Below are positions 10,160 to 19,946 of a stretch of 64,000 nt of DNA, one piece after another. Every line of letters begins with the position of its first letter. Position 1 is the stretch's first letter. Origin of the DNA: Candidatus Altiarchaeota archaeon (lineage in GTDB: Archaea > Altiarchaeota > Altiarchaeia > IMC4 > SCGC-AAA252-I15). The notes beneath the pieces were generated by a model that was not told the origin of the DNA, made no database searches, and worked only from the letters and a program-made list of their open reading frames with translations. Position numbers and translations under genes: made by a program. Location of the stretch: positions 1 to 64,000 of the forward strand of contig JAZDMS010000023.1 of assembly GCA_043800705.1 (NCBI GenBank), written 5' to 3'.

Positions 10160-10950
10160 AGGCCGCCGTATTGCTCATCGAAGGAACCAACTGCGAAGAC
10201 GACGCCCTCAGGGCCTTCAAGGCGGTCGGCGCGGACGCGGAAAAGGTCCATCTAAAGCAGCTGACCGGAGACTGCGCGCAGGAGCGGAGACGGACCCTAA
10301 CGGACTATGATGCGCTATTCATCCCCGGCGGCTGGAGCGCAGGAGACTACGTCCGGGCCGGAGCAATCTTCGCGGCGAGGATGAAGAGCCGCCTCGGCCC
10401 GCAGCTTTCGGAGTTCGTCGAAAGCGGGAAATACGTCGTCGGAGTCTGCAACGGCCTCCAGGTCCTCGTGGAATCAGGGATACTCCCCGGGTTCGACGGC
10501 ATAAGCGAACACCCCGAGGCGGTGATGGCGATAAACGCGGACGGAAGATTCCAGTGCCGCCCGTCCTACATCAGGCACGAGCACACATGCAACGTCACCC
10601 GAGGCATAAGGCAGGGCACGGTCATGCAGATACCGGTTGCCCATGCCGAAGGCCGCCTCTCGTTCGGAGACGGCGACCGGGAGGCTCTGAAGAAACTCAG
10701 GAAGAACGGACAGATCGTGTTCACCTACTGCCACGCGGACGGAAGGCCCGCGAAGGGGGTGTTCCCGTGGAACCCGAACGGGTCGCTGGCCGATATAGCG
10801 GGAATATGCAATCCGAAAGGCAACGTCCTGGGGATGATGCCCCACCCAGAACGTGTCATATACGGCATACAGCAGGCCGACTGGACGCGCAAAGACTACA
10901 AGGAAGGTGACGGGATGCAGTTCTTCAGAAGCATCGTGAAACGCCGATAA
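10156..10950 (+). CDS. purQ: FGAM synthase glutaminase subunit PurQ
   Basis: EGTNC, PGGWSAGDY, GVCNGLQ, AHAEG and MMPHPER motifs; GGGAGG ribosome-binding site upstream and ATGA overlap with the corrected purL stop. Confidence 0.92.
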   Translation: MKAAVLLIEGTNCEDDALRAFKAVGADAEKVHLKQLTGDCAQERRRTLTDYDALFIPGGWSAGDYVRAGAIFAARMKSRLGPQLSEFVESGKYVVGVCNGLQVLVESGILPGFDGISEHPEAVMAINADGRFQCRPSYIRHEHTCNVTRGIRQGTVMQIPVAHAEGRLSFGDGDREALKKLRKNGQIVFTYCHADGRPAKGVFPWNPNGSLADIAGICNPKGNVLGMMPHPERVIYGIQQADWTRKDYKEGDGMQFFRSIVKRR

Positions 10951-10977
10951 AGTGGGAACACAGAACGAGTCAGTATC

Positions 10978-12177
10978 TCACATCAGCGTCCTGTTAAGCC
11001 ATCTGTTCTCGCCTCTGATGTCGTAGGATATTCTCACGTCCAGGCTGTGGGGCTCGTCGTAGGCCACTTCCCTTCCGAAGTCGATGTCGACTATCCCGTT
11101 CTCGTACGGTTCGAGGGTCCTGTTGCCCAGGAAATAGGCCTTCGTCACTCCGTCGAGGGTGGCTTCCGCGGTATTGAGGGTGACTTCGTTGTACAGGTGC
11201 GTCAGCTCCACGTGGAGTCTGCCGTCGTCGCTCATGTTAGTCATGAGCGGTTCGATGTTCAGGGGTGATGTCTCGGTTGCGAAGTCGAGGGCGTATTCCT
11301 TCTTCTTTGTGGACAATACGAGCCTGTGTTTTCCATCCGGTATCCAACCTTTCGCCAGGATGAAGGGGTAGATCACGTTCCTTTCCATCTGCGCCCCGTC
11401 CACGGAGACTCTGGCTCCGTTCACCTCGTCCTCCGGGATGTTGTAGGTGACTATCCATGTGCCGTTGTATGATGGATAGTACGCCATGTATAGTATCCCC
11501 TCGAAGGAGGAGCCGTCCATTACACTCTCGGCGAAGGCGGTCCTTGCGAAGTCGACGCGGAAGCTGTCCGCCACCTCCTGTAGGAACTCCTCCCCGGACA
11601 TGTTGTTGTAAACCCCGCAGCCGTCGGTAAAGAGGAAGACGGCGTTACCTGCGGAGAGGTCCCCGAGCCTCAGCCAGCCGAGGTCGCGCCACACATACGC
11701 CTTTCCGGGCCTTCCCCCCCACATGGTCACGTTCAGGCTCGGCATCTCGAAGCCTTCCATCCCGGAAAGCGGGAGGAACTGGGAGGCGGCCGCGGTCGGC
11801 CTGTAGGCGTGGACGGACTCCAAGGCTTCCTCCCTCGTCCTCTCTGACGTGTCCTGCCTGCATTGGCGCATTATGCCGGACCTCCACAGGAACACTCCGA
11901 CGCTCTGCTCCTGCACGCCTTCGAGGCCGCTCAATGTTATCTTATAGATGCCTGCGTAGGGGTCTGCCCTGTGCGGTCTCCTATCATAATATGCCCCATA
12001 TATTCCCGGCATCTGGTCGAATCCGCCCATCCTGTCAAGAAGACTTCTTCCCGACGCGTCAGTCATGTCGGCGAGGTTGCCTTCGCCGATTATGGGGCTG
12101 GACTGTATCCACGCAAGCTCCGCCGCGGACACAGCCAGCGTAAGCATGAACAGGATCATGAGCGTCTTTTTCATCAT
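10978..12177 (-). CDS. Secreted hypothetical protein
   Basis: Signal peptide MMKKTLMILFMLTLAVSA; ATGA overlap with the upstream gene stop; beta-rich C-terminus. Confidence 0.65.
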   Translation of the reverse strand: MMKKTLMILFMLTLAVSAAELAWIQSSPIIGEGNLADMTDASGRSLLDRMGGFDQMPGIYGAYYDRRPHRADPYAGIYKITLSGLEGVQEQSVGVFLWRSGIMRQCRQDTSERTREEALESVHAYRPTAAASQFLPLSGMEGFEMPSLNVTMWGGRPGKAYVWRDLGWLRLGDLSAGNAVFLFTDGCGVYNNMSGEEFLQEVADSFRVDFARTAFAESVMDGSSFEGILYMAYYPSYNGTWIVTYNIPEDEVNGARVSVDGAQMERNVIYPFILAKGWIPDGKHRLVLSTKKKEYALDFATETSPLNIEPLMTNMSDDGRLHVELTHLYNEVTLNTAEATLDGVTKAYFLGNRTLEPYENGIVDIDFGREVAYDEPHSLDVRISYDIRGENRWLNRTLM

Positions 12178-12848
12178 ATCCCCCCGATCAACCCATTGAG
12201 CGAACTTTCGGATATGCGGCCGATGAATACGAGATTGAACCAGACCGCGGCGCAGGACCAGGCGACCCACAACAGGGCGAATCCCGCTACAGGCAGGACT
12301 GCGATGTTCCCCCTCCAGCCTGTCAGGCCGGATGTTTTCCTGACCGCCCCGGCAAAAAGTATCGAGTATGTGAGCCATCCGGCTACTGCGGTGACTGATG
12401 AATTGAGGACCGAGACGTTGCCGAGGATTAAGTAGGATAAAAGGTTCAATCCGACTGAAAACGACGTGATGATGGCCGGAAATACCAGAAGGACTGCCGC
12501 AGGCGCAAAGACGTCCTTGAATCGGGCCTTGGAGCCAAGAAGCCGCATCGGCAGATGGGTGAAGGCCGCAAGTGCGACGACCGCGAGGAGCCTCACGACT
12601 GCCGCGTTGAATCCCGCCCTGAGGCTGACTGCCAGGATGTCATACTTCGGCGGGCCGATCTTTCCTGAAGGCATGTCGATCAGATATCCTATCTTGCTGT
12701 TTCCGAAGGCGTAGAAGTCGAGCCCGTGCAGGAGCCAGAAGATGAGCGAAAAGCCCAGCAGGAATAGGGCCAGATTACCGGCCCTCATCCGTGCGGCATC
12801 CCCTTCGAGGAACCGGCCAGGTTCTAATAAAATCAGCCTGAAATCCAC
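12174..12848 (-). CDS. Yip1-like membrane protein
   Basis: About 5 TM helices, N-terminal ILLEPGRF, and LLGSKARF loop typical of Yip1-domain proteins. Confidence 0.55.
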   Translation of the reverse strand: MDFRLILLEPGRFLEGDAARMRAGNLALFLLGFSLIFWLLHGLDFYAFGNSKIGYLIDMPSGKIGPPKYDILAVSLRAGFNAAVVRLLAVVALAAFTHLPMRLLGSKARFKDVFAPAAVLLVFPAIITSFSVGLNLLSYLILGNVSVLNSSVTAVAGWLTYSILFAGAVRKTSGLTGWRGNIAVLPVAGFALLWVAWSCAAVWFNLVFIGRISESSLNGLIGGI

Positions 12849-12919
12849 TATCTATTATGTTAATCCCGGAAAATAAAACACCGCACCTTTCAGGGCGACA
12901 TATTGCATTCAAGAGGCAC

Positions 12920-13393
12920 TCATACCTGCCGTATGCCTTCCGGCAGACCAGTAGAATAAGTCAGGTTCTTCCCGATCTTGGTGTCGAATCCGCACGCCTT
13001 GTCGTAGCATCTGAACGTCGCCTTCGAATAAAGCGCCCCCCGGTTCAAGACGGTCTCGAATACGTCCCCCTCGCCGGCCAAGACCAGGCCTTTCGGGGAC
13101 AGAAGCGAGCATCCGCCTACGCAGTCGAGGCTCAAATCCGAGGGATTGTAGCAGTCAGTCGAACACTGGGGGCATCGCTGGATGCAAAGGTCGTCGACTA
13201 TGTATTTGGCCGCCCCGCTTGCGGTGAACCTGGCCTCGGAGCCCGCAAGTCCGTGATAGACGTAGCGTTCCGGGCTGTTGAATCCCATCCCGAAGAATCC
13301 GCCGTCGTAGACCGCATAAGCTCCAAGCAGGATGTGCACGATGCAGGCGGAAGCGAATAATGTCAGACCGATCCTCATGCGTCTTCTCATCAT
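12920..13393 (-). CDS. Membrane-anchored Cys-rich hypothetical protein
   Basis: N-terminal TM helix and multiple Cys; translationally coupled to the PCNA stop. Confidence 0.55.
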   Translation of the reverse strand: MMRRRMRIGLTLFASACIVHILLGAYAVYDGGFFGMGFNSPERYVYHGLAGSEARFTASGAAKYIVDDLCIQRCPQCSTDCYNPSDLSLDCVGGCSLLSPKGLVLAGEGDVFETVLNRGALYSKATFRCYDKACGFDTKIGKNLTYSTGLPEGIRQV

Positions 13394-14121
13394 TGGGTCT
13401 CGATCCTTGGGGCCAGGAAGTAGACGACCCTGCCGTCTCCGATGTTGTATTCGACCCTGAGGGGCGCGTCGGACTTGAGGCTTATCACGACAACGGACGG
13501 AATTTCAGCGGCCTTGAGGATGTTGTTGAGGTATTCGAGCGAGAAGACGCTCTTCGCGGGGGTCTTTATGTTTATGCTCAGCAGCCTGTCCTCCGGGAAA
13601 TCGATGTCGACGGAGCCGGTGTCGCCGTCGCTTTTGATGCTGAATCCGCCATCCAGCTTCAGGGAGACGTGGTTCGATATGAGTTCCGCGTCCTTGAGTG
13701 CGTCCTTTATCATGATCGGCGTCATCTTGACTTCGGCGGAGAACTCGATCTTCGGCTCCTTCGGCGGGTTGGTCGTGGACTCGATGATGGACGTCGTGAA
13801 CTCCCTCTTGGTCTCGCCGCGGAACACCATCCTCCAGCGGCTGTCGATGGACAGGTCTATTTTGTCCTCGGGCTTCGAGCGTCGCGTGATTTTACTCAGC
13901 TCCCTGAAGTCGATGCCGATGGTCATGGGCTTGTCGCACTTGAACTTCTCGAACGCCTTCGCGGGTATCTCGAAGTCCACGAGGGCTATCTGGCTCGGGT
14001 CCATGGCCCGAAGCTTCAGGCCTGAAGAGTCTATCTGGAACGTCCCCTCGTCGATGAGGGCTGCGATCGCCTCTATGCTGCTGCGCCACGACTTTGTGTC
14101 GTTTATCGTTGCTTCGAACAT
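13390..14121 (-). CDS. pcn: DNA polymerase sliding clamp PCNA
   Basis: LRAMDPSQIALV, FSLEYL and YFLAPRIE motifs; about 243 aa. Confidence 0.97.
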   Translation of the reverse strand: MFEATINDTKSWRSSIEAIAALIDEGTFQIDSSGLKLRAMDPSQIALVDFEIPAKAFEKFKCDKPMTIGIDFRELSKITRRSKPEDKIDLSIDSRWRMVFRGETKREFTTSIIESTTNPPKEPKIEFSAEVKMTPIMIKDALKDAELISNHVSLKLDGGFSIKSDGDTGSVDIDFPEDRLLSINIKTPAKSVFSLEYLNNILKAAEIPSVVVISLKSDAPLRVEYNIGDGRVVYFLAPRIETQ

Positions 14122-14197
14122 CGCATTCACCGAAAATTACAATAGTTATTGACAACAAACGGTTAAAAACACTAGGTATACTCCGGAGTCGGTTGAA

Positions 14198-15730
14198 CTA
14201 AGGTGAGAACCTGGCCTTCAGGTATTCCGGCCCCAGGGTAAGCATGAACGCCGCGGCCTTCGGCCCCTTCTCCTTGCCTATCAGCACCCTGTAGATGGCT
14301 TCAAACAGCTTCGGCGGATCCGTCGAGTTGGCCCTGGCGGTGTTGTAGACGGTCTTGTGGAGCGCCTCGGGTTCCGGCTTCTTCTTGACCTCCTCCACCA
14401 GATCGGAGAGGCACTTCCTCTGCATCTCATCCAATCCCTTGTACTCCTTCGCGGACTCCTCTTTGCTAAGTAGCCTGAACCTCAGGTATTCGGGGCCGTG
14501 TATCTCCACCCAGCTGCCTGCAAGCCTCACCCTGAGCTTCAGCCTGTCTGGGTCGAACCCTTCGTAGCCCATGTTGCCGGCCTTTACGATGACGTCGTCT
14601 CCGGATGCCACCTGGTTTAGCACCGCGCAAATGGTGAACGGCACGTTCATATACCTCGGTTCCCCTATCTGCGCAAGCTCGTACATCTGCGCGAGGTCCA
14701 CATCCCCCTCCTGTTTCTTGAAGTAGAGTCGCTCGGCCTCGTCGTATTCGTCCTCGAGGTTCGGCAGCATCTTCAGGTTTATGTCGCGGGCCTTGTTGAG
14801 CTTCTTGAACATGAAGTACCTGAGGACCTCGGGCTCGGAGATTTCAAGCCATTGCGGCAGGGTGATGACGTTCCCCTTCGACGATGATATCTTCGCACCG
14901 TTCAAGGTGAAGAACTCGTAGACCACCGGCTGCGGCGGCTCCCAGCCGAACACCTCCCCCGATATGATGCTCGATGTGTCGTAGCTGCCTCCCGCTGCGG
15001 CGTGATCCTTCCCGAACGGCTCGCATGTGACCTTGAACCTGTGCCACTTCGCCGCCCACTCGACCCTCCACGGGAGCTTCCCCATGCCCTTGAGGGTGTC
15101 CTGCCTTCCCGAGTGGCCGCAGCCCGTAACCTCCCCGCCGGAGACTTCCTTGTTCTCGCAGACGTAGCTGACTGTGGTCTCCTCAAGGCCGGCGACCTTG
15201 GTCGTAGAAATCCTGCCGCACTTTTCGCAGATCGGCGTCCAAGGCACCCAGTCCGAAGCCAGGGGGGTCTCCCTGAACCTGTTGAGTATCCCGACGATCT
15301 GTGAACGTTTTGCGAACGCGGTCCGTATCTCCTCGTTGAACGCTCCGGTACGATACAGTTCGAGCGCGGAGTATATCGTCGGCTCCACTCCGAACTTAGC
15401 GAGGTCATCTATGAAAGGAAGCGCGAAGTGGTCGACGAAGTCTTTATGGCATCCTTCCGGGTCCGGTATGTCCTTGACCGGGAATCCCAAATATGGGGCG
15501 AGCTTCTCCATCCCGGCTGGGACATTCCTAAACGGGTCCGAATCGTCGGAGACCCATGTCAGCTCTGCATCCTGAGCGGCTGCGACGAGGGCCTTCCTGA
15601 CGCATTCCCCCCTTATGACGTCGGAGGCGTTGCCGACGTGCGGTATCCCTGAGATGGACGTACCCGTCTCTATGACGTGGCTGCCGCCCCTTTTCTTCAA
15701 AGCCTCCACATACTCGTCGCTCCAGTGCAT
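14198..15730 (-). CDS. lysS: Lysine--tRNA ligase, class I
   Basis: SGIPHVGN (HIGH-like), KISSSKGN (KMSKS-like), KLPWRVEW and EPFGKDH motifs, plus zinc-ribbon Cys. Confidence 0.96.
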   Translation of the reverse strand: MHWSDEYVEALKKRGGSHVIETGTSISGIPHVGNASDVIRGECVRKALVAAAQDAELTWVSDDSDPFRNVPAGMEKLAPYLGFPVKDIPDPEGCHKDFVDHFALPFIDDLAKFGVEPTIYSALELYRTGAFNEEIRTAFAKRSQIVGILNRFRETPLASDWVPWTPICEKCGRISTTKVAGLEETTVSYVCENKEVSGGEVTGCGHSGRQDTLKGMGKLPWRVEWAAKWHRFKVTCEPFGKDHAAAGGSYDTSSIISGEVFGWEPPQPVVYEFFTLNGAKISSSKGNVITLPQWLEISEPEVLRYFMFKKLNKARDINLKMLPNLEDEYDEAERLYFKKQEGDVDLAQMYELAQIGEPRYMNVPFTICAVLNQVASGDDVIVKAGNMGYEGFDPDRLKLRVRLAGSWVEIHGPEYLRFRLLSKEESAKEYKGLDEMQRKCLSDLVEEVKKKPEPEALHKTVYNTARANSTDPPKLFEAIYRVLIGKEKGPKAAAFMLTLGPEYLKARFSP

Positions 15731-15780
15731 CGGTACATTATAACGACCCGATATTTATTAGCGGATTTCATAATACTGTC

Positions 15781-18744
15781 ATGGGTCGGTTGGTCTGTAT
15801 TTCAGTGATTCTTCTACTATCACAGCTCGCCTCTGCAGCCGAAGTCTGGAAGGACTGCCAGAGCACCTACATGTTCGACGGCGGCAGGACCGTCTCCGAG
15901 GCCAAATCCTCCAAGGACGGGCTATTCCTAGAGATGCCGGACAACGCAGCCGTCCTGGAACTGGTGACCGTGAAGATATACGTCAACGACCCCTTCATAA
16001 AGAAGAACGCGAACCTTGTCGAGTTCCTCTGCGACCCTGGCTCATGCGCGATAAGCTCATCCGGCAAGGAGATGGACTACGACAGCGGATACCCTTTTAC
16101 AAATATGCCCTACTCCGGCGAAGGCGTCATAGAATTGAAGATGAGGAACTCATACACGGATGCGCAAAAGTCCGGGATAAACTACCTCGGCGTCAGATTC
16201 ATCCAGCTGAAGGCGCCCCTGGCAGCCGGCGAATACGACAAATGCCAGGCCGAAGCCAACAAGAACGGCACCGCATGGTACCAGTTCCAGTGCCAGAAGG
16301 CCAGCCCCTATAAGAAGCTCTGCGGCCAGGAAAAATGCGACGTAGCCTTCAAACGGGTAGGTATGGTCGCGAAAGAGTTCAAGTCCCACCTCGTCCAGAT
16401 GGAGTCGAAGCCGCCCGCCACAGCCACGAACAAACCATCGTCATCAGCACCTATAGACGATGTCTACCAGAGCAAATACGACAGCTACCAGGCGACCACC
16501 CCAAGCGGCAAGCAGCAGTACTGCAGCCGGGGATTGACGATCGGGATATACCCGAACGTCGCGATGGAGTCAGTAAAACAGCTCGAAGCCAATTACGGAG
16601 CCAACGCTAAAAAGTATGCCCCAACCAATCCGCCAGGCGGCCTCGCAGCCGGCAAATCGTTCGAAATTTACGAGCGGGACGCAGTCGGTACGCCTACATG
16701 CGACCATATAGGCTGCGGCGAACTGTTCGACTACGACATAGGCTATACACTCATTGGCGACATGCAGCCGGAGGGTACCGGCACAATACGAGTCACAGTC
16801 AGCAAAAAGGACTGCGTGGCGAAATCCGCGCTGAAGTCTGAAATAGACAAGACCGTCGCCGAGACAAAGGCCTTCCTCGCAAGCTACAGGCAGAAGGCGG
16901 CGACGCCGCAGGACTTCAAAGGCCCCGTATGCTCCGACGTCAAGGCGACGCCCACAGAGCCCGGCACCCTGACAGGCAGGATAACAGACGGCCACGACCA
17001 TCCGATGCCGTATATGAAGCTGACTCTCGAGGTTGCGGGGATGAAGACCGTGGGGTACACCGACGAAGCCGGAAACTATGAGTTCAAGGATGTGAAGGGC
17101 CTGAAGCCTGACGATAAAAACCCTCCTGAGGCGACGTTGAAGGCTGAGATGTCGTATTGGCGGGACGGAAAGAACTATTTCACGATACTCTACGGCAACG
17201 ACGTCAAGTATCTGACGAAGGAGTTCAAACTGGAAAGCGAGCGGGATCTGCAGCAGGACATAGACTTCAAGCTGCAGGCTCCTCAGGCGGCGAAAAAGGC
17301 CGTGATAGGCGGCGCTAAATACGAGACCAACTATTTCCTCTATTGGCTAGCTGACATCGCGCCCATCTACTACCATATGTCTGATACGGTGGACTTTTAC
17401 CTCACGATAGTGGGCGCTAAGATAGACTATAAGCTGCCTGTGGAGGTCAACATTGAGGTGGACAAGGGGACCTGGTATGACATGTCCTACTCGGGCATAG
17501 TCATAAAGGCCTCCGACGCGGCCTACAACAACCTCAACCGCCCAAAAAACAGGGAATACCACGAGTTCGCCCACCACGTGATGTATGTCGAATACGGGGA
17601 CTGGCCGGATGGGAGGAACCTGCCGGATGTCGTGCCCCACAAGGGATACCTGAACCCTTCGACCGGAGACTCCTGGGTCGAAGGCTTTGCGGAATTCATG
17701 GCTATGGCTAATGCCGAATACACGAACCTCCCTGAGAACCAGCCCCCAGAGAAATATGCGAGCTTCGGAAGCCTGGAAACCAACCTGAAAGTCTGGCAGT
17801 GGAACGGGTTTTCAGAGGAATTCTCGATAGCAGGGTACCTGTGGGACTTGCACGATAAAAATAACGATGAAGGCGATACGATATCATTATCCCTACAGCA
17901 GATGTGGCCTATCATGAAAGTGAAAAGAAAAGACTTTTACGAGTATCACAAGGCCTTCAAACAGGCGTTTCCAAGCCAAGCCAACGTCATCGACCAGATT
18001 GCGATAAATCATGGGCTTTGGGCTGACACGAACCGGGGCAACGGACGATATGACGCGGATGAACCGCACAGGGATGGTTCATCACCGAGAAACAATTCAA
18101 GATATGACGCTGGAGAATATTTCATAGACTATCCTTTCAACTGGACCCACGAAACAAACGAAGTTGTCGGAAAGGCAACGAACTATCAGCGCGGCAATAG
18201 GTCGATGGCAGGCTACATACCGGATGCATTCATAAAGGTCGAAGACACCAAGGTCTGGTTATACAAAGTCCAAGTCCACTTCAACAATCCTGCTCAGGGC
18301 ACGGACTACGAGTATGAGACCGAAAACAGGGGCGGGCTTATATACCTCATGCCATTGCCTGAGGACGTCGAGGGGACCATCACCCTATCCCCGAACTCAC
18401 AAGATTACACGTCAGTAAAACCCTACACGATAACCGTTAGCGAATACAGGAGAAAATACTACGAATCAGAGGGTAATGGGTTCTTTGATAAGCACAACTT
18501 TGAGCTCAAGTCGAAAGGGACAAAAAATGACCCAGTCCCCATGGGGCTGCAAGGATCAAAGCCGGAATGGTTCACAGACGGCGGATACGACGTAAAAGGC
18601 CCCCCGCCGACGATGAAATCCAGAGACTCAGGCGGCTCCACAGGAGGATTCGACGCGAAAACAATCTGCCCCTGCCTGCCCCTTCTGCCGATGATACTCG
18701 CGGGGCTGATTTCAGTCGTCGCCAAGGCAAGGTTGGGGATATAG
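15781..18744 (+). CDS. Large secreted/anchored zinc metallopeptidase-like protein with carboxypeptidase-regulatory-like domain
   Basis: Signal peptide; GTLTGRITD...TDEAGNYEF; HEFAH followed by WVEGFAEF (gluzincin-type third ligand); C-terminal Cys motif, TM helix and basic tail. Confidence 0.7.
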   Translation: MGRLVCISVILLLSQLASAAEVWKDCQSTYMFDGGRTVSEAKSSKDGLFLEMPDNAAVLELVTVKIYVNDPFIKKNANLVEFLCDPGSCAISSSGKEMDYDSGYPFTNMPYSGEGVIELKMRNSYTDAQKSGINYLGVRFIQLKAPLAAGEYDKCQAEANKNGTAWYQFQCQKASPYKKLCGQEKCDVAFKRVGMVAKEFKSHLVQMESKPPATATNKPSSSAPIDDVYQSKYDSYQATTPSGKQQYCSRGLTIGIYPNVAMESVKQLEANYGANAKKYAPTNPPGGLAAGKSFEIYERDAVGTPTCDHIGCGELFDYDIGYTLIGDMQPEGTGTIRVTVSKKDCVAKSALKSEIDKTVAETKAFLASYRQKAATPQDFKGPVCSDVKATPTEPGTLTGRITDGHDHPMPYMKLTLEVAGMKTVGYTDEAGNYEFKDVKGLKPDDKNPPEATLKAEMSYWRDGKNYFTILYGNDVKYLTKEFKLESERDLQQDIDFKLQAPQAAKKAVIGGAKYETNYFLYWLADIAPIYYHMSDTVDFYLTIVGAKIDYKLPVEVNIEVDKGTWYDMSYSGIVIKASDAAYNNLNRPKNREYHEFAHHVMYVEYGDWPDGRNLPDVVPHKGYLNPSTGDSWVEGFAEFMAMANAEYTNLPENQPPEKYASFGSLETNLKVWQWNGFSEEFSIAGYLWDLHDKNNDEGDTISLSLQQMWPIMKVKRKDFYEYHKAFKQAFPSQANVIDQIAINHGLWADTNRGNGRYDADEPHRDGSSPRNNSRYDAGEYFIDYPFNWTHETNEVVGKATNYQRGNRSMAGYIPDAFIKVEDTKVWLYKVQVHFNNPAQGTDYEYETENRGGLIYLMPLPEDVEGTITLSPNSQDYTSVKPYTITVSEYRRKYYESEGNGFFDKHNFELKSKGTKNDPVPMGLQGSKPEWFTDGGYDVKGPPPTMKSRDSGGSTGGFDAKTICPCLPLLPMILAGLISVVAKARLGI

Positions 18745-18782
18745 TCGATGTAGAAGAATATCGGCCGAGGCCCAAGTAAGGC

Positions 18783-19376
18783 TTATACTACGGCCGGGTC
18801 TTTCTGATTTTTGGCCTTGGAGTAGGTCAGCTCGAGGACTCCGTTCTTGTACGTCGTCTTGTCCGGCTTCTCCTTCAGGTGGGCCGGTGCCTTGATTTTC
18901 GCGGAGTATCCTCCGGCTTCGACGCTGATGTTGCGGCCTTTGGCGGCTACCTTGATGTCCTTCTCGTCGACGCCCGGCAGTTCCACGATGGCCTTGATCC
19001 TGTCGCCGTCGAGTACGACGTCGTAGTATGGTTCGTCAGAGTCTCCGCTGCAGTCGGCGCACGGAACCGCACAAGCCGATGGGGCGGTTTTTTCCTGCCT
19101 TGGCTGCGGCAGGGCTAATCTTTCATCAGCCTCCCCCCCACCCAGCCTTCCTGCATATTCGGGCATGTTGCTGAATTCCTCGATGACGGGTTTCCCGTCT
19201 TCTCCGGTGTATGCCCTGTAGCCGTAGACGTAGCTTTGGGCCTTGCCTTCCTGGGCTGCCTTGAAAAGCTGCTCGGTGTACTTGTCGAAATCTTCGAATC
19301 CTGCGAAAAATTGGTCAAAATCGCCGAACAACGACGGCCTCCTTATCTGCTTATCCCTTTTCTCATATGGAAACAT
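18783..19376 (-). CDS. Small heat-shock protein, Hsp20/alpha-crystallin family (archaeal type)
   Basis: YVYGY...GEDGKPVIEEF, VELPGVDEKDI and TYKNGVLE motifs; GAGGTGA ribosome-binding site at 19380-19386. Confidence 0.9.
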   Translation of the reverse strand: MFPYEKRDKQIRRPSLFGDFDQFFAGFEDFDKYTEQLFKAAQEGKAQSYVYGYRAYTGEDGKPVIEEFSNMPEYAGRLGGGEADERLALPQPRQEKTAPSACAVPCADCSGDSDEPYYDVVLDGDRIKAIVELPGVDEKDIKVAAKGRNISVEAGGYSAKIKAPAHLKEKPDKTTYKNGVLELTYSKAKNQKDPAVV

Positions 19377-19400
19377 AGCTCACCTCGACTTGTTTAAAGA

Positions 19401-19469
19401 GTACTGTTTCTGTTGATTATATACCGACAAACTTATATATAAATAAACAAGTTTCCAACAATATAGTAC
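19401..19469. promoter_or_regulatory. Divergent hsp20/regulator promoter region with nested inverted repeats around a TATA tract
   Basis: AAACTT (19429-34) and AAGTTT (19449-54) flank ATATATAAATAAAC; outer TGTTG/CAACA and GTACT/AGTAC pairs. Confidence 0.45.
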
Positions 19470-19475
19470 CCTAAA

Positions 19476-19889
19476 ATGAGAATCCGCATCATCCGGCACA
19501 AGAAGCCGGCAGACCACGAGCTCGAGCAGGACCTCGACTGGCTATGTTCCTCCCTCGGATTCTGCGAAGACATCGACAAGGACCGCACCGCCGCAGCCAT
19601 ATTCAGAAGCCTCCTTGAGAGCACCTACGAAGGCAGGCCGCTGCGAAGCGACGACATCGCCGAGCGCGTAGGCAAGTCCAGGGGCGCGGTCGTCAACCAC
19701 CTGAACAAGCTGATGAGCTCGGGCCTCGTCGTCCGCCACGGCACCAGGTACGAGCTGAGGGAGCAGAGCCTCCAGAACACCCTCCTGGAGATGCGCCGCG
19801 ACATGGAGCGGATGATGCAGGACATGCAACAGATGGCAGAAGAGATCGACAAGGAATTCGCGACCAGGAGAAGACCCCCAAGGGCCTAA
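19476..19889 (+). CDS. Winged helix-turn-helix transcriptional regulator (ArsR-like) with C-terminal helix
   Basis: SDDIAERVGKSRGAVVNHLNKLMSSGLV...YEL. Confidence 0.85.
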   Translation: MRIRIIRHKKPADHELEQDLDWLCSSLGFCEDIDKDRTAAAIFRSLLESTYEGRPLRSDDIAERVGKSRGAVVNHLNKLMSSGLVVRHGTRYELREQSLQNTLLEMRRDMERMMQDMQQMAEEIDKEFATRRRPPRA

Positions 19890-19946
19890 ATCAACATCCA
19901 AGTACTAGTCAACTGATGTTTTAATGAGGGGGGAGAATATCCTTCT

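Noticed and set aside
7849-10950. Genuine 1033-aa large-type PurL
   Set aside because: The alternative frame encodes the normal PurL C-terminus, purQ has its own RBS and ATGA overlap, and a separate purS is present.
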